From positions 832,001-896,000 of the forward strand of contig CAUVWX020000001.1 of NCBI GenBank assembly GCA_963555815.3: DNA of 64,000 nucleotides, in the 5' to 3' direction. How positions within the stretch are numbered: the first letter of the stretch is position 1; each line of letters begins with the position of its first letter. A program made the translations under genes and the position numbers. Source of the stretch: a bacterium. GTDB taxonomy: Bacteria; UBA8248; JACPRG01; G963555815. Below the pieces are notes generated by a model. The model worked only from the letters and a program-made list of their open reading frames with translations, was not told the DNA's origin and did no database searches. This document shows positions 29,089-36,746 of the stretch, piece by piece.

Positions 29089-30705
29089 TCACCGCCTCAA
29101 CTTTCGCCGAAGGGCAAGGAAGAAGAGGACGATCTGGATGGGGCCAAAGACGCTGAGAGCGGTCGTCAGCCATTGGGCAAGTCCGGGGGTCGGGTAGAGC
29201 TCCCGGCCCAGGGAAAGAGGGAGCGTCCGAAGGAGGGTGGCGCTCCGAAAAGAATAGAGGACCGGATCGCCGATATTTTCCCGGAGCCATCTCACATTCT
29301 CTTTGGGCCAGAGCCAGAAGCGTTGGGTCACCGGGGAGGGCACGGCACTGACCTGTATCGGGACGAATTCGCCAACCGCATTTCTCGCCTCTAAAAAGCC
29401 CGGAGACACCGTGAAGGGAACGGCGAGAAGGAGCACGAGGAGCAGGAACACCCCGAATGCCCTCTGGTAGCTTTCGCCATATCCACTTGCGAGCCTGTAA
29501 AGATTCAGGGCGCCAATCCCGTGCCGCCAGAAGGGGTGCTGTCGCAATCGCCTCATCTGCATCTCGCCATAGTGGAAAGTTCCTGCCGTGGCGAAGTCCT
29601 TCGCGTCTTCATAGTTCTTTTTGAGCTGTTGATAGAGGATCTGCGTGAGGCGAAGGCGGTTCTTCTTCTCTCCCGCGTCTTCTTTAGATTTCCGTAATTG
29701 AATCTCGTCATGAAGGACGTTGTTCCGATTTTTGTCTTTTGCCCAGGTGCAATTCAGAAAATCCACACCCCGAAGATCTGTCCCCAGGAAAGAGGTCCGG
29801 CCGAGATAGACTTCCTGGAATTGAACCTTTGTCCTCTCATCAAAGAGAGCGTCCCGGAACATGGCCTCCCCGTGGTCAGAAAATATGAAAGTCTGCGGGA
29901 CAAGGAACGCTTCACCGCTCTCTTCCATGACTCCCGCTGTGCCTCTGAAGGCCACCGCGCCTGTAAAGCACGCCCGCGTGAAATTAACCCTTCCAAGGAA
30001 CCGCGTCTGCTCAAAGCGCACCCCCTCGCAAAACGTGGCCCCGCGGAAGTCTGCCCTCTCGCCAAAGATGGCGTTGGGGAAGATGGTCCCCTCTCCAAAG
30101 GTGGCCTCACGGAAGTCCATCCCTGCCCCAAAGGTGGCGTGGGTGAAGCTCGTCCCCTCTCCGAAGGTGGCGTGGGAGAAGCTCGTCCCCTTTTCGAACG
30201 TGGCGTGGGAGAAGCTCGTCCCCTTTTCGAACGTGGCCCGTCCGAAGAGCGTGTCCTCCCCGAACTCGGCCCCGATGAAGTCCGCCCCCTCTCCGAAGGT
30301 GGCGTGAATGAAGCTTGTCCCCTCTCCGAAGACGGCGTGAGTGAAGCGTGCCCCTTTTCCGAACGTAGCCCGGAAGAAGCGGGTTCCCCTTCCGAAGGTG
30401 GAGAAGGTGAAGTCCGCCTCCTCTCCAAAAGTGGCGTACGACAGCCGCAATCCGGGTTCCTCACGAATCCGGGTGATTTCTCCCAGTTTGACGAGATGAG
30501 GGAAAACGAACCCTCGAAGGTCGTAGGATGGCAACCCGGCCTGCGAGATGATCTCGCTCAGGCGCCGGGTGAACTCCTCCTGGTCCTTATCGTGGTCTTT
30601 CCAGTGAAAAAAGCACATCCCATCGGCGCCTGGATGCTGTTCATAGGCGCACCGGTAGTCCTCTAGCACTGGATGCTTCCAGGTACATTTTGAAGAGTTC
30701 GCCAT
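29089..30705 (-). CDS. Pentapeptide-repeat protein with Cys/His N-terminal motif and C-terminal membrane domain
   Basis: 11-aa repeats (ATFGEGTSFTH), GYGESY motif, two terminal hydrophobic segments flanking a pore-helix-like stretch. Confidence 0.88.
   Translation of the reverse strand: MANSSKCTWKHPVLEDYRCAYEQHPGADGMCFFHWKDHDKDQEEFTRRLSEIISQAGLPSYDLRGFVFPHLVKLGEITRIREEPGLRLSYATFGEEADFTFSTFGRGTRFFRATFGKGARFTHAVFGEGTSFIHATFGEGADFIGAEFGEDTLFGRATFEKGTSFSHATFEKGTSFSHATFGEGTSFTHATFGAGMDFREATFGEGTIFPNAIFGERADFRGATFCEGVRFEQTRFLGRVNFTRACFTGAVAFRGTAGVMEESGEAFLVPQTFIFSDHGEAMFRDALFDERTKVQFQEVYLGRTSFLGTDLRGVDFLNCTWAKDKNRNNVLHDEIQLRKSKEDAGEKKNRLRLTQILYQQLKKNYEDAKDFATAGTFHYGEMQMRRLRQHPFWRHGIGALNLYRLASGYGESYQRAFGVFLLLVLLLAVPFTVSPGFLEARNAVGEFVPIQVSAVPSPVTQRFWLWPKENVRWLRENIGDPVLYSFRSATLLRTLPLSLGRELYPTPGLAQWLTTALSVFGPIQIVLFFLALRRKLRR
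30167..30232. repeat. Exact 33-nt tandem duplication within a degenerate 33-nt coding repeat array
   Basis: GTGGCGTGGGAGAAGCTCGTCCCCTTTTCGAAC x2. Confidence 0.9.
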
Positions 30706-30804
30706 AGGCTTTCCTCAACGCAACGTCGCGCGAACAACACCCAATCTGCCCTTGAGGCAGTGGGTCAACGGCCGGCAGAAAGGCTCGTCCTGGAGGTCGC
30801 CCTT

Positions 30805-31815
30805 CTACTCCTCCTCTTCATCCTCCGACGGCAACTCGCAGTTTAGGAAATCAACACCCTCAAGGTTTGTCCCGTGAAAGGAGGCCTCTCCCAGATCGAC
30901 CTCTCGGAACCTGACCTTTGCCTTCTGTTGAAACTTCACGTTATGAAACACCACCTGCCCCGAAAAGCTCGTCTTAAAAAAGTGCACCAAGCCGACGAAA
31001 GCGGCCCCATTGAAGTCCGCCCCCTCTTCGAAGGTGGCCCCGGAGAAATCCGTTCCGTCCCCGAAGGTCGCCTGATAGTAGGTCAATCCCTGACCGAACT
31101 TGGCTTCAAAGAAGTTCACCTCCTGGCCGAAGGTGATCCCGCGGAAGTTTGTCTTCTCTCCGAAGTGAGCCCGGGAGAAGCTCGTCCCCTCTCCGAAGGT
31201 GACCCACATGAAGAGCGCCTGATCGCCGAAGGCGGCCCCGTTGAAGTCCGCCCCATCGCCGAAGGTGGTCCCACTGAAGTCCACGGCCCGGCCGAATGTG
31301 GTACCCGGGAACTTCGTCTCCTTGCCGAAGGTGGCATTGTCGAAGCGCGCCTCATCGTCGAAGGTGGCCTCGGAGAAGAGCGTCCCATCTCCAAAGGTGG
31401 CGCTCATGAAGTCCGCTCCCATTCCAAAGTTTACGCCCGAGAAGTTCGTCCCATTTGCGAAGCTGCTGTGGGAGAAGTCCGTCTCACCTGGAAAAGCGAC
31501 CCCGGAGAAGTCCGTCCCATCCCCAAACACGGCAAGGCGGAACACGCACCGGAGGTTCTGATGGCTTTTCATGAAGTCTCCCAGGCGGATGCCGTGAGGG
31601 AAAACAACGCCTCGGAGGTCAAGTCTCAGTAAAGTGCTCTCGGAGACGAGAGAGACGAACTGGTTCAGGCGTTTAACAAACTCTTCCCGATCCTTATCGT
31701 GATTTCCCCAGTGAAGAAAGCACATTCCACCGGCGTCAGGATCATCATGCGACGCGTGGGCACACTTGTAGGAAGGTATATCCGGATGGCCCCACGCGCA
31801 CTTTGGAGCACTCAC
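30805..31815 (-). CDS. Soluble pentapeptide-repeat protein, paralogue of 29089..30705
   Basis: Same Cys/His N-terminus and ~18 11-aa repeats; acidic tail, no TM; GAGGAGG RBS. Confidence 0.88.
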   Translation of the reverse strand: MSAPKCAWGHPDIPSYKCAHASHDDPDAGGMCFLHWGNHDKDREEFVKRLNQFVSLVSESTLLRLDLRGVVFPHGIRLGDFMKSHQNLRCVFRLAVFGDGTDFSGVAFPGETDFSHSSFANGTNFSGVNFGMGADFMSATFGDGTLFSEATFDDEARFDNATFGKETKFPGTTFGRAVDFSGTTFGDGADFNGAAFGDQALFMWVTFGEGTSFSRAHFGEKTNFRGITFGQEVNFFEAKFGQGLTYYQATFGDGTDFSGATFEEGADFNGAAFVGLVHFFKTSFSGQVVFHNVKFQQKAKVRFREVDLGEASFHGTNLEGVDFLNCELPSEDEEEE

Positions 31816-31866
31816 TTTGTTCCTCCTCGTTCAGGTTAAGGTGACGCCGGGCGAACCCGGGGGTTA

Positions 31867-32244
31867 TTATCCGTAGGTTCCCACACTGGGATCGATCTCT
31901 CGCGCCCAGGTGTCGATGCCGCCCCGAAGGTTTTTTACCTTTTCGAAGTCCCGCTCCCTGAGGAACTGGGTGACCGAGGCGCTCCGCTGACCGAGGTGGC
32001 AGAAGACGACGATCTCGTCCTCGGGGTCAAGCTCAAAGGTCCTTGACGGGACATCGCCCATCGGGATGTGAAGGGCCCCCGGGAGCTTCGCCAGAAGAAG
32101 CTCCTCCGGCTCCCGGACATCCAAGAGGACAATCGTCTCTCCCCCGTCAAGGCGATTCTTCAGCTGTCTTGCCGTGATTTCGTAAGTCTCCATAGAGATT
32201 TTTCCTATCAAACTATCATATTTTTCCTTTCGAGGATCGTTCAT
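31867..32244 (-). CDS. Rhodanese-like domain protein
   Basis: LLDVREPEE, CHLGQRS, NLRGGIDTW. Confidence 0.92.
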   Translation of the reverse strand: MNDPRKEKYDSLIGKISMETYEITARQLKNRLDGGETIVLLDVREPEELLLAKLPGALHIPMGDVPSRTFELDPEDEIVVFCHLGQRSASVTQFLRERDFEKVKNLRGGIDTWAREIDPSVGTYG

Positions 32245-32327
32245 GCAGTGTGCAAGATTGGGCCTCTCAAAGAATTTGCTTCAGCGTTTTTTCGTGCTTT
32301 TGCAGACATTGTTGAAACTCTCTCGGC

Positions 32328-33347
32328 TCAAAGGGGGGATTCCCCACCCTCACTGGCCGAGACGAGCGTCCGAAGGCTCAGGTTTTCCCGCCAGAGGTAA
32401 ACCAGGCCGGCCAGGATGATGGGAAAAAAGGCCACTGCGTGCGCTACGACAGAAAGGCTCAGGGCCACCCCCTGTGGGACACCGTAAAAACTGGCACCGT
32501 AGACGGTCGCTGCATGATAGGTTCCCACAAAGCTCGGGGAGGAGGGAAGGATGACGGCGACGGACTGGACCATCAGGAGGAGGAGAGGGGCGTGCCACGG
32601 AAGATCCAGACCGAAGGCTCGAAGGGAAAAATAATTGACCCCTAGGGTGATGGCCCACATCAGGAAGGAGAGGCCCATGATCTTTGCTCCGTCGGCCACC
32701 GAGTCGGCGAAGAAGATCCCGCCGATGAAGCCCCTCGCCGTCCCAAGGGCCCCTTGGGACCAGCGCTTGGGCAAGGGACGGAGAATGACCTCCACCACTC
32801 GGAGGGTCTTGTCGGGCCGATACCTGAGGAGGACCAGGAAGGCGACGATGGTGACGTAAAAGGCGAGGGACAAGATACCTGCTACCCGAAGGAAACGAGC
32901 CATCCCCTCGCTTTCTTCGGAGAATGGAATCGAGAGAAGGGCGACTAAAAGAAAGATGAGGATCCAGCCGCCGTCCATGAGCCGCTCTACCACGATGGAG
33001 GCAAAAGCGGCGCTCTTGCTGGTCCCCTCCCGTCTCCCCAGAGACCAGGCGCGGATGAATTCTCCCATTCGGGCGGGTAGGAGGCCGTTGGCCATGAAGC
33101 CGATGGAGGTGGCCGAGAGACGGCTTTCGAAAGTGGCGCGCCGGCTGCGGGTCATCAGGTAGCCCCATCGCCAGGAGCGGAGGACGAGGGCCAATAGGAT
33201 GATCGCCACCCCGGGCAGAACCCAGAGATACTGCGCCGAGCGGAAAGCGGTCCCCACAGACGCAAAGTCGATCTGGTAGAGGAGTAAGGCGACGGCGGCC
33301 CCGCTGACAAGGAATCCGATCCAGAACTTAGAAGACAAGCGAGTCAA
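32328..33347 (-). CDS. Lysylphosphatidylglycerol synthase TM domain / UPF0104 flippase-like protein
   Basis: RSWRW, NGLLPARMGEFIR, ERLMD, PSSP..GTYH; multiple TMs. Confidence 0.88.
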   Translation of the reverse strand: MTRLSSKFWIGFLVSGAAVALLLYQIDFASVGTAFRSAQYLWVLPGVAIILLALVLRSWRWGYLMTRSRRATFESRLSATSIGFMANGLLPARMGEFIRAWSLGRREGTSKSAAFASIVVERLMDGGWILIFLLVALLSIPFSEESEGMARFLRVAGILSLAFYVTIVAFLVLLRYRPDKTLRVVEVILRPLPKRWSQGALGTARGFIGGIFFADSVADGAKIMGLSFLMWAITLGVNYFSLRAFGLDLPWHAPLLLLMVQSVAVILPSSPSFVGTYHAATVYGASFYGVPQGVALSLSVVAHAVAFFPIILAGLVYLWRENLSLRTLVSASEGGESPL

Positions 33348-33393
33348 CCTCCGAAAGAGAGTTCCCGGAAAATCGCTTGGAAGGAACCGGACA

Positions 33394-34329
33394 TCAGGAA
33401 GACTGAGACCCCTGAAAATAGGCCTTGGCGGTGGCGACGTCCTTTTGGATCTGCTTCACCAGCGCTTCAGGCGAAGGGAAGGTTTTTTCGTCCCGAAGTT
33501 TTTGGCAAAACTGGACCTCCAGGGTTTCGCCGTAGAGGTCCTGATGAAAATCGAAAAGATGGGTCTCAACAGAGAGGTCAGAGCCCCCGAAGGTCGGGTT
33601 GACCCCCACGTTGACTACCCCCTTATGGATCTTTCCGCGAACCTTCATCCGGGCCACATAGACCCCTCTTCGCGGCAGCTCGGCCTCGGCGGGGTTCAGA
33701 TTGGCCGTCGCAAACCCCAGGTCGGCCCCGCGCCTTGCCCCTTTCATTACCTCACCGAGGACGGCGTAGTTTCTCCCCAGCATCCGTGAGGCCGTTTCCA
33801 CATCTCCTTCAGCGAGGAGGCGGCGAATCGACGAACTACTCACCACCCGGCCCCCTACCTCCAAGGGTTCCATCACATGCACCGGGACCCCCTCCCGGCT
33901 CGCCACCTCCTTCAGGAGGCGCGCATTCCCTGCGCGGCCCTTGCCAAAGTTGAAATTATAGCCTACGACCACCTCCTGGGCACCCACCCTCCCCAAGACG
34001 ATCTTCTGAATGAAATCCAACGCGGAGGTCTCGCTGAACTCCCGGGTGAAAGGAACGATCAGGGTTACGTCCAACCCGCATGCGCCCATGAGCATCTTTT
34101 TGGCCCCGTGGAGGGCGAGAGAGCGAATCTCCCGATGCGGGGCGAAGAATTTTTCTGGATGAGGCCAGAAAGTCATGGCCATGGCCGTCCCACCCTTTGG
34201 ACGCGCCAATTCGATAGCCTGAGCGAAGAGCTTCTGATGGGCCAGATGGACCCCGTCGAAATTCCCAATCGTAAGGACAGGATAGGGATAGGGTTGATGG
34301 AGCTCGTCAAGTCCCTCTAGAATCTCCAT
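33394..34329 (-). CDS. ribF: Bifunctional riboflavin kinase/FAD synthetase
   Basis: IGNFDGVHLAH, FNFG, VSSSSIR, GFATAN, VETHLFDF. Confidence 0.96.
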   Translation of the reverse strand: MEILEGLDELHQPYPYPVLTIGNFDGVHLAHQKLFAQAIELARPKGGTAMAMTFWPHPEKFFAPHREIRSLALHGAKKMLMGACGLDVTLIVPFTREFSETSALDFIQKIVLGRVGAQEVVVGYNFNFGKGRAGNARLLKEVASREGVPVHVMEPLEVGGRVVSSSSIRRLLAEGDVETASRMLGRNYAVLGEVMKGARRGADLGFATANLNPAEAELPRRGVYVARMKVRGKIHKGVVNVGVNPTFGGSDLSVETHLFDFHQDLYGETLEVQFCQKLRDEKTFPSPEALVKQIQKDVATAKAYFQGSQSS

Positions 34330-34632
34330 AAGATACGTTCAGGATAGAGACGAATCCCTCCCTAGCAGAAAGCGGTGAGGCCCTAATGAACAGCATATAT
34401 CACCACTTTTTCCACCGTATCAACCTTCGACTACGATCTTTGACTACGATGACAATCAGCGCTGGAGGAGAAACGAGGAAAACCCCACGCCTTGACATGT
34501 AGGAACGTGAAGCGATAGTTTCCTTCAAGCGACTGAAACTAACCAACTTATCGGACTCTCGAATCCCCAGGTAAGGAGCCGAGAATTTCCTCTATTACCC
34601 CCGAGCACCAAACCAATGGGAGCAACTTCATC

Positions 34633-36153
34633 ATGAATCGAGGACCAAGGAATCAAAAGGTGATGGGTCGTGTGACGGTCCTTGTGGCGGTGGCCGCATC
34701 TCTCTTCTTTTCCGTGGTCGCGCGCGCCCAGCCTCCTCCCCGGACCCTTCAACTCTCCCTGAAGGATAGCATCGGGCGGGCCCTTCAAAAGAATTTTGAA
34801 ATCCAGGTGGAAAGGTTTAATCCCCAGATCCGCGATCAGGACATTGTCCGCGAAGAGGCCGCCTTTGATCTGTCCGTGTTTGCCGATGCCAACGCCAACT
34901 TCGAGCGGACTCCCAGCATCTCCGCTTTGTCCCAAATTGAAGAGCGGCAGGTTGAATCTCAGGTGGCCGATGTCGGTGTCCGCCAGCGGTTCAAGACGGG
35001 TACCGAATACGGCGTCTCCTTCGAAACGATCAGAAGCAAGGATAATGCGGCCTTTATCCGCTTTGCGCCCGCCTACACCCCCAGGTTGAATCTGACGCTT
35101 CGCCAAAATCTCCTCAAGAACTTCGGCGTCAACACCAACACCACGGCCATCCGGGTCGCCCGGAACGACCGCGAGGTCTCGGAGTTCGCCTTCAAGGACC
35201 AGGTCATTCAGACGATCTCCGAGGTCCAGAACCTCTACTGGGAGTTCGTCTTCAGCATCCAGGACCTTGAGGTCAAGCACCAGTCTCTTGGCCTGGCCCA
35301 GGACCTTCTGAGGAAAAACAGGATCCAGGTGGAGGTCGGAACCCTCGCCCCTATCGAGATCATCCAGGCCGAGGCCAGTGTGGCGAGCCGGGAGGCGGAC
35401 GTCATCGTGGCCGAGCGCCTGGCCCAGGACAATGAGGACCTCCTCAAGCGGGTCATCAACCTGGACCCCGGGGAGTGGGATGTCCCCTTAGAGCCCACCG
35501 ACGAGCCACCCTTTGAGGAAAAGTCCCCCGCACTCAAGGAAAACTATCAGGCGGCCCTGAAGAACCGGCCGGACCACGCCCAGGCCAAACTGGACCTCGA
35601 GACCAAGACCCTGGAGGTCTCCTTCGAGCGCAACCAGCTTCTCCCCACCGTGGACCTCAAGGGGAGCTTTGGGCTGAACGGGCTCGAAGACTCCTTCACC
35701 GAGTCCCTCTCGGATTTCGGCACCGGAGACTTCTTCTCTTGGGAAGTGGGGGTGGCCTTTGACTACCCCTTCGGAAACCGGGTCGCCAAGAGCCGCCTGA
35801 CCCAGAGGAGGCTCGAGGTGAACCAGGCCCAGACCTCACTCGATAGCCTGGAACAGCAGATCTTTCTCGAAGTCCGCGAGGCGGTGCGCCGAGTTGAGAC
35901 GGATCAGAAGCGCGTGTCCGCCACCCGAGCGGCCAGAGTCCTGTCGGAAAGGAAGCTGGAAGCCGAGGAAAAGAAGCTTGAGGTGGGGCTCTCGACCAGC
36001 TTCAACGTGCTAGAGTTCCAGGAAGACCTGGCAGAGTCCCGAAGCGATGAGACACGATCCATCACCGATTACAATCGATCCCTGGTGAGCCTTGACCGGA
36101 CCGTGGGGCTCACCCTGGAACAACATCAGATTCAACTGGAGAGAGGTCCTTAG
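34633..36153 (+). CDS. TolC family outer-membrane protein
   Basis: Signal peptide, LSLKDSI..ALQKN, two OEP helical repeats, LLPTVDL. Confidence 0.9.
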   Translation: MNRGPRNQKVMGRVTVLVAVAASLFFSVVARAQPPPRTLQLSLKDSIGRALQKNFEIQVERFNPQIRDQDIVREEAAFDLSVFADANANFERTPSISALSQIEERQVESQVADVGVRQRFKTGTEYGVSFETIRSKDNAAFIRFAPAYTPRLNLTLRQNLLKNFGVNTNTTAIRVARNDREVSEFAFKDQVIQTISEVQNLYWEFVFSIQDLEVKHQSLGLAQDLLRKNRIQVEVGTLAPIEIIQAEASVASREADVIVAERLAQDNEDLLKRVINLDPGEWDVPLEPTDEPPFEEKSPALKENYQAALKNRPDHAQAKLDLETKTLEVSFERNQLLPTVDLKGSFGLNGLEDSFTESLSDFGTGDFFSWEVGVAFDYPFGNRVAKSRLTQRRLEVNQAQTSLDSLEQQIFLEVREAVRRVETDQKRVSATRAARVLSERKLEAEEKKLEVGLSTSFNVLEFQEDLAESRSDETRSITDYNRSLVSLDRTVGLTLEQHQIQLERGP

Positions 36154-36242
36154 GAACCCGTTGACCAAAGCCTCTCGGCTGGGCAATTGAGGATGATGGC
36201 CCAGCACCATCTTTTCTCAGACGTCTGGCGGAAGGGAGGAAT

Positions 36243-36665
36243 GTGGGACGCATCCTTGCCGTCGATCTGGGGAGCCGTCGCATTGGGCTCGCCATCAGCG
36301 ACGAACTGGAACTCACGGGCCAACCCATGGGGAGCCTGCCCAGCCGAGGAGAAAGGGCAAACCTGGAGACGATTGCCCAGGTGGCCCGGCAAGAGGAAGC
36401 GGTAGGGATAGTGGTAGGACTCCCCCTTCGGCTGGATGGGAGCCGGGGTCCTGAGGCACGGCGGGCAGAGCGTTTTGTCAAGGGCCTTCAGGCAGCCCTG
36501 GACATCCCCGTCTGGGCTTCGGACGAACGCCTCACCACCGCCCAGGCAGAGCGGGTCCTGATCGAAGGAGGAGAAAGGCGCCAGAAGCGCCGCCAGGCCC
36601 TTCATCCTGTCGCTGCCGCCCTTATCCTCCAAGGGTTTCTCGACCGCAGGGGAAAAAGGGCTTGA
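36243..36665 (+). CDS. ruvX: RuvX/YqgF pre-16S rRNA nuclease / putative Holliday junction resolvase
   Basis: LAVDLGSRRIGLAISD, VVGLP, DERLTT, AAALILQ. Confidence 0.94.
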   Translation: MGRILAVDLGSRRIGLAISDELELTGQPMGSLPSRGERANLETIAQVARQEEAVGIVVGLPLRLDGSRGPEARRAERFVKGLQAALDIPVWASDERLTTAQAERVLIEGGERRQKRRQALHPVAAALILQGFLDRRGKRA

Positions 36666-36746
36666 TCCGGTTTTGATTCCCCTTTAGGCTTTTTGGACAG
36701 ACTGATTTAATGGGGATTTTGTTCACGGGATAGCGAGGTAGACGTC

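Noticed and set aside
30000..31530. 33-nt periodic repeats as a CRISPR array
   Set aside because: Repeats are degenerate, contiguous, lack unique spacers, keep the reading frame of pentapeptide proteins, and no cas genes are nearby.
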